The position numbers and the translations under genes were made by a program. Source: Octopus vulgaris (Eukaryota). Taken from it: a DNA stretch of 64,000 bases. Shown here one piece after another: positions 22,719 through 36,034 of this stretch (position 1 is the first letter of the stretch; every line of letters begins with the position of its first letter). Under the pieces are notes generated by a model. That model was not told the origin of the DNA. It was given only the letters and a program-made list of their open reading frames with translations, and ran no database searches. The DNA lies in NCBI GenBank assembly GCA_951406725.2, contig OX597815.1, positions 134,106,001 through 134,170,000 of the forward strand, read 5' to 3'.

Positions 22719-23734
22719 TACATACATACATAGAGAGAGAGGTCAAAAGTAAATAGATACTCCTCATTCTATCACTTTATTTGTGCTGACACAAGTTGGT
22801 GCTTCAAACTTGTTAGTGTATTAATATTTTTCATTTCAGACTACAGCATTTTAATTGTTTATAGCCTTGCCAAGAGAGTTATCTCATTTTCAAAGAGGAC
22901 ATAGTGTAAGTCAGTCTAAGGATGAACTTAGCCAGTGTAGGATTGCACAAAACCTTAGAATTCCTTTTACTATAGTGAATATACAATTCACTGGCAAAGG
23001 ACAGGGATCAACTGCATCCTTCCCAGGTTGATCTGGACTGTGCTGAGCTTATGTTGCAGAGCAACTCCAAATGAATCAGAGTGCTTCTGTGAGATATCAC
23101 CATCAACTGAAATGAAAATAATAATAAATTAACAAGTTCAAAGCACTAGGAAGTATCAACATATATAAAATGATATAATTAGGAGTATCGAGCATATGTT
23201 TATGCTTGAGATGTTTCCTCCACCTCCTCATCACCACCACCGCCACTATCACCACCACCACCGCTGCCGCCGCCGCCACCACCACCACCATCAGCATCAC
23301 CATCATCATCACTTAATGTCTGCTCTCCATGCTGGCATGGATCGAATGGTTAGACATGGAGTTGGCTAGGAGGAAGCTGTCGAAACTCCAACTGTCTGTT
23401 GTGGTATGGTTTTTACAACTGGATGCCCTTCCTAATGCCAACCATTTAGCAGAGTCTGCAGGGTGCTTTTACATGCCATCAACATGGTTGCATTAACAAA
23501 GCACCAGCACCTGAAAGGACAACCCAGTATGTGGGGAAGACAGCGATTTGACTTAGCTTGTATATATATATTATTCATAAAGACAACCCCAAATAGGTGC
23601 AAACAGGGCATGGTATTTGTTAAAGTTCCATATAATTAGAATGATTTTATTTCAATGAATGTTTAAACATTTTTGAATAGTTAAATTTGTAAATGTATTA
23701 CAAATTGCTTTATGTATATTTTATTATATATCTT

Positions 23735-23965
23735 ATTTCTTTATTGCCCACAAGGGGCTAAACATAGAGGGGACAAACAAGGACAGACAAAGGGATTAAG
23801 TTGATTACATCGACCCCAGTGCATAACTGGTACTCAATTTATTGACCCTGAAAGGATGAAAGGCAAAGTCGACCCCGACGGAATTTGAACTCAGAACGTA
23901 ATGGCAGACGAAATACCGCTAAACATTTCGCCTGGCATGCTAATGTTTCTGCCAGCTCACCACCT
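23735..23965 (-). mobile_element. Nin-domain SINE with a GCCCCTTGTGGGCAATAAAGAAATA tail
   Basis: Same head and Nin core as the arrays but a different tail; a plus-strand copy lies at ~28238-28460. Confidence 0.8.
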
Positions 23966-26663
23966 TATTTTTTTTTTTCTCAGATGTGAACTGATCAACA
24001 AAGCCATGTTCAGACATATGCTTGTCTATGTATATAATTTTATTATATATCTTTTATCATTTGCCTCTTTTCAGTCATTGGATTGTGGATCTCTTGTGGT
24101 ACCACCTTGAAGGATTTAAGTCAAACAAATCAACCCCAGTACTTACATATTTTTCTTTAAAGTTTGATACTTGTTCTATCACTCCCTTTTTCCAAATCAC
24201 TAAGTTATGAGAATATAAACAAACCAATACCAGTTGTCAAGCAGTGGGATGGTGGTGTTACAAATACACACACACATATATACAAGGAGCTTCCACACAA
24301 TTTCCATCTACCAAATTCTCTCACAAAGCCTTGGTTGGCATGAGGCTATAGTAGAGGACACTTGCCTCAGGTACTGCACAGTGGGACTGAACCTGAAAAC
24401 ATGATTGCAAGGTGAGCTTTTTAACCCTACAGCTTAGAGAACTGTTTCTCATTTGTCCTATAATAAACTTTTTAATAAGTGTAGTACTATAATATGAATT
24501 AACTGGATTTAAATAACATTGGCTTTACAGATAGAAATTATTGATTTATCCTGGATATGATGAAGCCATGATACACTTCTTTTGTTGTGGTTGTGATGAT
24601 AATAACAGTAGTGAAACAGGTTTCTTAAACAGAATTATGTTACAAAATATTGGGTTCAAATTTTGGCACAAGGCCAGCAATTTGGGGGGAGGATGTAAGT
24701 TGATTACATTGACCCCAAAAGGATGAAATGCAAAGTTGACCTTGATATATCACACACACAAAAAAAATCATTGATACTCATATATCCAGTTGTCATAATT
24801 AGAAGAAAAAAATATATAATATACTCAAACTCACTTTTATGAAGTTTTCTACACAGTCATTTTGGGGACAAAATGCCATCAAAATCTCATAAAAAACAAA
24901 AATAAATAAAATGTTCAGTTTGTGGTATCATAACAATTGTTTTTACATCAACACTGCTCAGTAAAACTCAGTAATTAGTCTTGCCAATTATCCAAGTAAA
25001 GCTAATAGGAAAACAATACATGAAACATCTTAAAATAGAACACAATTATATAATACTGTCCACCCAGAAGCCTTATCACACAAAAAACAACAGGAAAAGA
25101 CAAATTGGTATGTATTAAAATCTGTAGTATACAGACACACTGAAATTGGCTTACAATAAAAGGCAATGGACAGATAATGCCAGTCTTTTATTGGTACAAT
25201 CAGCATGGTGGCTTTGTGTCAAGTGACAAAAGACACTGTACTTAAAAGCAAAGTGGGAACAATTGAATGCTGTTAATATCTGAAATTTCATTTCTAAAAT
25301 CTGTCTATGGTAGAAAGTTGCCAATGGTTACAAATTGACACTGCACTACTATGCAAATTTTTGCAGGCTAGCAAAAATAGTTTTGTGCATGTGGCCTAGT
25401 AGTTATGAGATCATGGGTTTGATTCCTGGACTGGATGGTACATTGTATTCAAGAGCAAAACCCTTGGATTTTGCACTGCTTTAGACTACTCAGCTAAAAA
25501 TGAGTACAAATGGAGTGCAGGTAGAGGACTTTCTCCTTTTAGTTGTTAGATGCTTAGGTAAAAAAGCAGGAGAGTTGAGAGGAATTCTATATCAGCACAT
25601 AACTACATAAACATTTAAAACAATTAGTGAATACATAGTACATCCTACCAGGTCATATTCACTTGTGAATGATAGCTATGGCACTATATCAACTAGTAGT
25701 ATTAGTAATTTATGCAGTATTCATATTATATTTTCTATATAATTGCATAAAACGTTACTATTAAGTCAACGATTTGAAACAGGAACTAGTAAGTGCTATC
25801 AATCAACTTATATAAACAATGTATGTGAAGTTTCACATGGGAAAATAATTTTAAACACAATTATCACAAAACTAATAGGTGCAGGCATGACTGTGAATAA
25901 GAAACTTCCAACCATGTAGCTTTGGGTTCAGGCCCACAATGTGGCACCTTAGCCAAATATCTTTTACTATAGCCCTTGGCTAACTAAAGCTCTATGAGCA
26001 GATTTCATAAACAGAATGAAAGAAACTTATTATATACACACACACACCAAATATATATAGGTGTGTGTGTGCACTCATGTTTGTGTCTCCTTGTCTCAAC
26101 ATCACACAATAGTTGTAAATGAGTGTCATCATCATACAAATAGTATCTTTGTTTACAATCTCTCAAGAGGATATTTCTGCTATGGAAAAATATTGGTTGC
26201 TTTTACAGTTGTTTTATTAAACTGTCCAGTTATGGCAAAGATGAAAATAGTGCACCTCTCTTTTATATGTTCAACTCATGAAGTTAATTTCTTGCTTTGC
26301 TTATTATTTGAGTCAGTGCTGCCAAAATCGTCTGAAAGACAGACACTTGTTCAATGTTGACGATTCACTCTGTTGCTACTCAAGTTTCTTGCAATGAGCC
26401 AGCTCCCTCAATAGTATACCCCATCAATTGTGGATCATGTCTTGCAAGTTACTTGGTGACTTCATTAGTGCTGGTGCTACATAAAAAGCAATCAGTACAC
26501 TCTGTAAAATGGTTGGTATTAGGAAGGGTACGCAGCTATAGAAACCACATTAAAGCAGATATTGGTGCTTGGCACAGTCCTCTGGCTCACCCGCTCGCGT
26601 CAAATCATCTTACCCATGTCAGCATAGAAAACTGTTGTTAAAAAATGATTATGATGACGATGA

Positions 26664-26712
<49 letters not shown>

Positions 26713-29025
26713 ATTAGAGTGAGGAGATGGTATGTCTATGAGGTAGAGGCTAATATGTTAGTTACTGAGTTACTGACAACCAGGCTTAAGGCATATAGAA
26801 TAAACACAAAAAACTTGGTATCCTTTCAACTATGTTGCTTCTACATTCTATCATTGTATGGAAATATTAGAAAACTAACCTCTTTCTGGATTTTACCGGA
26901 AATACCATGCTCTGTAACAAAGGCAAGTAGTGACATAACACACATATAACATTTTTATTTTACAATACATTACTCTGGGAATTCATTATTTCCTGTATTT
27001 CCCAAACAAATTTCAACAGTTTCAGCAGACATTGTCAAACCTTTTTATTTCCATATGCAATAGTGTCTTTCAGTGACTGGTCTCTTGCTTTATATTAACA
27101 AATTCATTAAATAGCAATTAAAAATATAACTCTATTCTTATGTAACTTGATATTTATTTATCATGGGACTTTACAAATGTATGCAAATAATGTGCTGAAG
27201 TTTGGTAGACAGAGTAAATTATAACTACTTTTTTTACTGTGTCTTTGTGTCTGTATTTTCCCCCACCCCATACACACACACACACACACTATCACTTAAC
27301 AACTGATTATAAGTTTGTTTACATCCCTGTAACTTAGCAGTTCAGCAAAATAGACTGATATAATAAGCACTGGAGTTGATTTGTTCAACTGAACCTTTCA
27401 AGGTGGTACTATAGAATGGTTGCAGTCTAATGACTGAAATAAGTAAAAGATAAAAGATTAAAAAAATAATTTTTGCATCCCAACCAATATTGTTATACTT
27501 CTTAAATCAAAACTTTGCATACCAATTGGTTAAATTTCACAATTAACTATGTTTCATAGTCTTTTCTACTTCTTGCTTGATTGCAGTTTTAAATTGCTTT
27601 GACAAGTAGTCTTTCATTTAATTTACAAGACATAGGTATGATATATATTTTAGGAAACAAATGGTATTGTGTTCAAATTTAACAACTTGACAGGCATAGA
27701 TGTGGCAATGTGGTTATGAAGTTTGCTTCCCAACCACATTGTTTTGGGTTCAGTTACACTGCATAACACTTTGGCAAATGTATTTTGTTATAGTCTAGAG
27801 TTAACCAAAGCCTTGTGAGTGGATTTGGTAGATGGGAACTGTCATGTGTGTTTGTGTGTGTGTGAGTGTCTCCTTGTCCTGACATCATGTAATAGTTGTA
27901 ACCGAGTGTCATTGTCATTCAAGCAGTGTCTTTATTTCCAGTATTCAGTGAACATATATCCAGATATGGTAAAATATTACCTTCCTTGGAAACAGGTGGG
28001 GGTTGGGAACAGGAAGGGCATCTAGCCATAGAAAATCTGCCTCAGTGAATTCAGTTTAATCCACACAAGCTTGAGGAAAGTAGACATAAAAACAGTGGTG
28101 ATGATGACCATAAATTCATGAACAGTTGTTAAATTTAAACTCAGTATCTCTTTTTCTTCTTATAATTGCATTTATATCTAGGAAGCCCAATCAGAATAGT
28201 AAATTGATCCTAGTCCATGGCTGGTATTTCACTTTATAAGGCGGTGAGCTGGCAGAAACGTTAGCACGCCGGGCGAAATGCTTAGCGGTATTTCGTCTGC
28301 ATTACGTTGTGAGTTTGAATTCTGCCGAGGTCGGCTTTGTCCTTCATCCTTTCGGGGTCGATAAATTAAGTACCAGTTACGCACTGGGGTCGATGTAATC
28401 GACTTAATACCTATGTCTGTCCCCTCTGTGTTTAGCCCCTTGTGGGTAATAAAGAAATAGGTATTTCACTTTATCAAGTGTGGAATGATGAAGAACAAAG
28501 TTGACCTCAGTGGGATTTGAACTCGGATCATAAAGAGCCATCCTCCCTTTCTATACTGCCTGTCACTATCCCATACCACCTTGTCTGCCAGCATGCTCTA
28601 ATTCCATTTTTTCTCAGGTTTCTATTATTCTTCTGTCATAACTGTCCTGTGATTCATGTACACTTTTGTAACAACCCTGCCATCTCACTGATGTTTTCCC
28701 TGAATAATGGTGCATATCTGAAAATGCTGAATACACCTATCACTTCATCCACTACCACACATTCCTCTCATAACTATCACCCATGCTTCACACTCTCTAA
28801 AGAAATGGATGGCTGAGCAGAGATATGAGGTTGTGAAGTCCCTTTAGTTGTAACAAGGAGATGGCTGTCTCTCAAGTGCTTTTGTCATGAGAAATACACC
28901 CACTACATTCTGTAAAGTGTGAGATTGTAAGGACCCTTTAGTTTTGTTGAGGACATGACACTTTTTTATCGTAGGTGGCATGAAAAAAAAAAAAACTCTT
29001 ATTATACTCTATATAGTGAGTGGTG

Positions 29026-29289
29026 CAGGGTTGATGCTAGGAAGTGCAGAGCCCAATTTGAGAATTGTCAGTAGGGCTCTCTACAAAAGCTGAAGATTGA
29101 TGTTTTATGCTTCATGTAGTATGCCAGTCCCAACCAAAAAACATTGAGAGTTTGAGGATCCACCATTAGCTACAATGATTTACTAAAAATTCATCACAGC
29201 GTCTTCTGCTCAAGCAAGTGCACAGGGCCCTCTCTTAGCATGGGGCCCGATTTGAACAAATTTGCCTAATTGGCTTAAAACTGGCTCTG
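29026..29289. mobile_element. hAT-type MITE
   Basis: Degenerate TIRs CAGGGTTGA / CTGGCTCTG with flanking (A/G)GTGGTG duplication; interrupts an RTE-tail repeat. Confidence 0.55.
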
Positions 29290-29439
29290 GGTGGTGTTAA
29301 GAAGAGGATCCAATCATAGAAACTAAGTCAAAATGAAACATGAATTAGATGAGGTTCTTCTACTTCATCTAGTTGAGCAGGTGCATCCAACCTATAGCAG
29401 TATGAACAATGGGCTTAAAACAAAGAAGATGAATTTGTT

Positions 29440-29830
29440 CGATGCTCTACTGATTTTGCTAATAGGGAAAATTGAAAACAGGCATATACACAATTACAAG
29501 AGAAGTAAAAGTAAAGGTGTAAAGATGAAGGATATGAAAAGAAAGTGAAAGATAGGCAGTGATAATAGGAGGGGACAGACAGGAGTACTGCAACATCTGG
29601 CTCGGTGCTGTCACACACAGACATCCCGAATAGCATTTAGAGAAGGGCCGTTCAGCTGATTGGCATTCGACCACCAACAGACACAGTCCAGCCTTTGATC
29701 CACAAGTATGCTGTCTCCACACACGCACTTTCTCTCTAATTTTTCTATAGCTACAATAGTGTTCTTTCTTCCCAAGAGCTAGCAAGTCTTATACCTCATT
29801 ACTGCCCCAAACACCATCCCTTTGAAATCA
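29440..29830 (-). mobile_element. Possible decayed L1/Tx1 3' end
   Basis: RKIREKVRVWRQ resembles the Tx1 ORF2 terminal helix and is followed by a pyrimidine-rich UTR; weak. Confidence 0.35.
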
Positions 29831-30398
29831 CCTTGCTTTTATGTCTTTCTTGCAGGTATTGACCTGCCACAGTTTAAACAGAACATGAATAATGCCAACC
29901 TCATCAGTCTCAGAAGATCTGTAAGGATGGTTCATGGGTACTCGGTCTTCTTCCAGTTAAATAAGTTAAAAAACTATATGCAGTATATTGTTGGTATGGG
30001 TATTACTAAGTACTGGATCAGTCCCAATCAGGTAGACCCATGATCACTTGTGACTATTTCATTTTTTTCCAGACATAGTATCTGGGAGAAAAATTTACAT
30101 AATACAGGAGTACATAGTACAATGTATCCTTCGTTTTCTTCTAGCATCTGGATAACTATGTTAACTCATCAATTAATGTGTGTATATATATATATATATA
30201 TAAAATACAGTGTACATTTAAACACATAAGGAATCCACTCATGGGACTCAACACGCTAGAAAGAACAGCTAGGTTCTATAACCACAAAATTAGGGATAAA
30301 ATTCGACAGGAACAAAATGAAAAAATAAAAACATTTTACTAATCTAATTTCCTGGACCAATTGGTTTCTGATTTTAGTTTAGCAAGTAAATAACTTTT

Positions 30399-30570
30399 AC
30401 TCACGAGGTGAAATCGTTTTCAACAGGAACACCTTAGATTAAATATATAAACACGAGGCGATCAACTATGTGCCTCTTGTTTAGACATCCTAATTTTTTC
30501 AAAATCTACTGCGCAGACGCAGTCCTTCGCCGGCAATAACAAAATGCCAACTTTTAAAAACCGAAAATTA
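30399..30570 (-). promoter_or_regulatory. Candidate promoter and first exon of a minus-strand transcript
   Basis: Small non-repeat CpG-retaining patch; NRF1-like TGCGCAGACGCA at 30510-30521; consensus donor CTC|GTGAGT at 30405/30404. Confidence 0.55.
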
Positions 30571-31681
30571 TCCATAAAACTTACAATATTTAATCATATC
30601 AAAGGGAAGACATGGGGTGAGGTGGTGAAGCATGATCTTTGTACATTGGGCTTCATGGAGGTGATAAGTGACTGAGACTTTTGGCAATATGCTGTGCTTG
30701 AGAAGATTTATCAAACCAAATGAAATCATAGTCATGGCTGTAGTCAGTGTCATGTAAATGGCAACCATGAAATCATAGCCATAGCGATTGCCTGTGTCAC
30801 GCAAATGGCACCCATGCCAGTTGCATGTAAAAAGCACCCATTACACTCTTGGAGTGATTGGTGTTAAGAAGGGCATCCAGCTGTAGAAAACCATGCCAAA
30901 TTAGACTGGAACCTGATACAACTCTCTGGGTTACCAGTTCCAGTCAAACCGTCTAACCCTTGGTAGCATGGAAAGTGAATGTTAAATGATGATGAAATGC
31001 ATGTTCTGCTGATCTGACAGTTTGAGCACGAGTTTTTTCAAATTAGTGTAAAACATCTCTGTTACTCACCAATTCGTCAATAATTGGGACACATTCTCTA
31101 AATGTTGATGTGCTAGCCAAATTTCTTTTTTTGGAGTCGTAAACATTATTTCTTTATTTGTCTAAAAACTTATCTATTAAAGAATGTCTATTATTTTGTT
31201 TATCTTTCACCAATAACTTTTCTACCTCTATTCTAACAAAACAAATACAATTAATTTTATATAATATCTTGAACTGTTTTATCTAACTACTCCACCACCA
31301 CCCTGTTGACATTGTGAATATTATTTATTTTATTTGTTTTGAAGTACAATTTCTATAGAATGCTTTTATTTTCTCACTGCTAATCTTTCATCATGCATGC
31401 TCTGGAATATGTAGAAATGAAAAATGTTAATCTCTTGCTTGACCAAAATTTAGGAGAAATCCACCAGAGTAAAAAAACAAAAACAAAAAGCTGAAGAATA
31501 TTATTCCTTGATATTTAAATAGTTTGATATAAAGCAGTTTTATATGTTGTTACAGTGCTGGAATATTGAGGAAAAATGAACTAATAACAGCTAAAAAAAC
31601 TCTTGGAAGCACAGAATACCAGAAACTGGTAAACAAGAAGCACAAATTAGATGAAATGCTCGTTGATGTATGATATTGACA

Positions 31682-31867
31682 TACTATATTTGATGGCATA
31701 AAAGACGCACAAGCATATTAGACATACCACAATTTCAGCAGCACTCAGGAAAAAAAGTTTTTAGTGCATTAAAGCATGTAATATTTAAAGCAACTTTGCA
31801 TATAGGACCCAGGGTGATTTTTTTTTGAGACTTTATTTTACATATATATATATATATCAATATGGTA
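31682..31867. mobile_element. pogo/Tigger-like MITE (second copy at ~37138-37347)
   Basis: Shared GCATAAAAGA(C/T)GCA...TTTCAGCAGC...GAAAAAAGTTTTTAGTG body with TAC..TA / TATGGTA ends. Confidence 0.55.
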
Positions 31868-32099
31868 CTTCAGAAACCAAACATGACTATCACAACAGTG
31901 ACTCTGATAAATATAGTAAAATAGGATAAATGAATATAATGAGTTGTGATACTGATGTTAATTGGACCTTATTGGCTGCATTATTTTTACACAAATATTT
32001 TAAATTTTCACCTGTATGAATTTTGTGTTCATTGTATTACCCTTTTTTCTCATGAAGAACGTTATTTTTAAAACTTTTTTTCTGACATTTTATCATCTT

Positions 32100-32860
32100 C
32101 ATCCTACAGTATGTCTTTATATGTCCTATATTACCACAACGAAAACTCTGCTTTTTTAGATGGACAATTTTTCTTCAGGTGCATACCACCATATGCAAAA
32201 CATGGGTTTGTTGTATTTTCAGTAAACACATTATCTCTATTCAGACTATTCCACTTTTGCAGGGTTATATCCTGCTTTTGCTCCAGCGTCCATTTCAGCA
32301 GTTAGTCCCTGTATAAAAATCAGGCATTTGAACATCTGGATTTAATTTATCCAGCTTAAACTTCTCAAATTCTGTGTTTACTCTACCATCAAATGTGATA
32401 AAGTCTTTCTTGTTTTTCTCTATGTTCAGACACTTCCAGTGTGTGTTGAACAATAAGCTTTTTATCACGGAAAATTTTACACAATATATCAATTGTGTCA
32501 TTAAAGTTTATGTCCAAAAGTTTTTTTGGGAAGTACAAAATTATTGTATCGTTCATGTTCTGTTGGCACCAATTTTCTCAGGATTGAGCAAGTTTTCATC
32601 TTGTTGTCCCAATTTACATTCTTTCTCAAAGATTTGCTTATATCTTCTGTAGTATGCTTCAGGTTCATATCTGAATTCAGTAATTGAATTTGCAATATAG
32701 TCTGGCAAGAACATTTTTCTGGCTTTCTTGATGATTTCAGTAATTGCAGTATTTGTTGCTGTAATATTGATTGTTGTTGTTGCTCTTGCAGTTGTATCTG
32801 CTGTTGTCATTCTTTCAACTGTTGTTGTTGTGGTTTTTGCAGCTCAAACAAACCTGCCAA
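32100..32860 (-). pseudogene. Decayed Gypsy (Mag/K02A2.6-like) gag with zinc-knuckle remnants
   Basis: Frameshifted pieces: ITEFRYEPE.YYRRYKQIFEKEC / ILRKLVPTEHERYNNFVLPKK / SLLFNTHWKCLNIEK..DFITF.GRVN.EFEKFKL, followed by a decayed GGMHLKKNCP knuckle. Confidence 0.75.
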
Positions 32861-35800
32861 CAAATTAGAGTCTGGTGCAGCCTTCTTGCATGCCACCCTG
32901 GTCAAACCATCCAACCCATGCCAGCATGGACAACAGACGTTAAATGGTGATGATAATATATACATGCAAAACAAAAGAAAGCAAAGAGTGGAGACTTTCA
33001 GATGATGAATATTTCAGTCTATTGACTATATATATAGTCACAGAAATAGCGTTCGTAATACTTTATCTCGTTCGGCTTAACAGCCCTTCTTGTCTTGTTA
33101 TTTTCCTTGTCCTGTCTTTTACTGCTTATATTTTGTACTGTCGTTACTGTCCTGTTTTTGTTACCATTTTTACCCCTCTGCAAAAAGATCTCAAATTTTA
33201 TTTGATTTGCTTTTCGCAGGAAGGAAAGTTTCTATCGAAGATACGTCTCACCTTCACCTTCGAAACATAGAGTAGATGAAACCATGGCAACTGAAGAAGG
33301 GGTTTTTTCCTTGTGTTATTTGTCCTGTACTCTATTTTTTTGTTGTTTAAGAAAAATATCCAGTTCCTTGGGTTTGTGTCTATGTTTTCGTTTCTCATTG
33401 TGTTCGATGTTTTTTTGGTGTCCTGTACTCATATATGCGTGTATATATACATGTAGAGGTAGGTACGTACATATATGTATATATATATGCATATGTTTTA
33501 TTTATTAATATATTATATGACGGAACGCACGCATCCCTTTCTAAGTAAGATTGTTCTTGATATATATATATATATATATAAATGTATTATAGGCTTATTT
33601 TAGTTTCTCTCAGCCAATCAACTCACAAGACTTTGATGGTCCAAGGGCTATAAAAGAAAATACTTGCTGAAATTGCCACACAGTGGGACAAACCCAAGAT
33701 CATGTGATTGGGAAGTAAACTTCTTAATCATACGGCCATACCTACACCTGAAATCCAAAATGTTTTCATGATTAGTGCTACTACTCACACTTATGATCAT
33801 GTGATAAAAATTTCTAACTAAAATGTGAGACTAGACGTGAGGAAACATTTCCTTTCTCAATGTGTCATTGGTGAATGGAGAAATTTGAGAACCAAAGCTG
33901 TAAATGATGTAGATGTTAATGATTTCATATCTAAATTAGTCCCTATATTTTCACCAGTAAAAGTACTTTTTAAAGTTGAGATGGTTGGTTGCCCTATTTT
34001 AGGAACCAACAAATTGATACAATAACCTTGTCAATTCTGAGCTCAGTCTGATCCAATCCAATCTGGATCTGGTAAAAAGAAAGAAATAGTAAATAAAAAA
34101 TAAAAATAGCCATTTCCAGTCAGATTATTGATTAAATATGAAAAAAAAAAGTAATATTTTTCTAAGCAGTATAATCTCTTAGATCTAGAGAATGATATTT
34201 TCACATATTTCCAAGAAGGGATTATAGGCACTAAAAGATTCATGTCATCTTAGAAATGAAAATCTTTCCTCAACACAATATTCAATAAAGAGAAGCAAGA
34301 ATACTATAGTGCCTCTGTAAATCTAGGTCCTCTTTGTATATATAAGAAATATAGAAATGTTTAATTCAAATTTTTTACTTTACATCAAACTTGTAAACAA
34401 TTCAGATTACATATTTTGTATAGAATCCTAATGTTCACTTGACTGCTTCATTGGATGGTGACACAATGATTCATAAGGATGATGTTTCTAATATTTAGCT
34501 CCAGTTCAGCTGTGATCCAACAAACCAATTGCCAAGGTCAAGGTTGTCCAAACCATGACTATCCTGCTTTTTTTTTTTTGTTTTTTTGCAACAGGTGTAC
34601 CTAGGACTACATTATCGAATGTGTTCTTTTTAAAGACAGATATGCTGATAGAGGGTAGTTTGTCCATCATCATCATCATTATCACTTAATGCCTATTTCC
34701 CATGCTGGCATTCGTTGGATAATTTGACAGGGTCTAGTGAACCACGGGACTGCACTGAGCCCCAGTTCAGCTCTGGCAGGATTTCTATAACAGGATGTCC
34801 TTCTTAATATCAAGCACTTTGAGTTTATGGGATGTTTTTCTCATTTTACCTGCACTAGTGAGGTTGTCAAGTAACTAGCCAGACAGAAAAAGAAAAAGAT
34901 TGCTCAACTAAGCAAGGGGAAGTATTTGAGAAGTGGGGATTAATTTTTGGCTGATAATATTTAACAGGTTGATCCACCATGCAAAAACCACCCGCATTTG
35001 CTTCAGAGGCTCATGGTTAACTCAGTCATTGGCATATTGTGCTCTGTTGTCTCCCTACCTCTCTCACTCACACATGCACACACAAAATCCTATCCTTTGT
35101 TGCAGGTATTTGGAGTTAAGATAGTGCAATGCAACATGTTTCATCCATTCAAGGTTGATAAAGTAAAGTACTAGTGAAGTACTGGGGTCAATATAATTGA
35201 CTTGTTCCCCTCTTAAAAATTTCTAGCCTTAAACCCTGCCACGGACTGATATCTCTTTCAGGGGAAATGTTGAGATCTCAATCAGTTATATACATGGAAA
35301 CTGGATAACTAACCTTATGAGTTCTAGGGCTCAAGAAAAGAAAATCTATGACAGTAATCCGAGTATCCAGTAGATCATCATCATCATCTTTATCATCATC
35401 GTTTTAACATCTGTTTTTCCAAATTTGCATGGGTCAGATAGAATTCATTGAGGCAGATTTTCTACAGCCAGATCCTTCTGTTGCAAAAACTCACTGGTTT
35501 CCAAGCCAGGTAATTTTTACCCATGATTGAATGTTTTCACGGAAAATTGTAACGTTTACAAATATCATATGAAGTCAAGTCAAGGAGGCACACAAACACA
35601 TCTATATTTCAAGATATCATTTAGATGCAGTGATATTAATAAGCTATCAGAACTCAATAAACATAGGCTTCAGAATAAAGCATTAGTTGAGTGCAGAGCA
35701 TAATTTGAAATTAAATAAATAACAAGGGAACAGTTATTACGTAGTCAGCATCATTAGCTTGCAGTTGTTTCTGTTATAAGATACAGTCTACTAAGAGCTG

Positions 35801-35942
35801 AGTGCTTGAAGGTATAATGTGATGCACAAGCACACAGCTTTGAGTGCACTGCATCTAATAGCAGAAATAGCTGTAACCTAAGGAAGTTGATTAAAATAAT
35901 TCTAGCTCTCTTCTTGTTTATTTAATTTCATATCTGTCTCTG

Positions 35943-35949
<7 letters not shown>

Positions 35950-36028
<79 letters not shown>
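35950..36028. repeat. Self-complementary compound microsatellite (TC)n(TA)n(GA)n
   Basis: Visible directly. Confidence 0.9.

Positions 36029-36034
<6 letters not shown>

Noticed and set aside
33288-33315. CTGAAGA followed by a short hairpin
   Set aside because: No GAAA or cleavage triplet follows.
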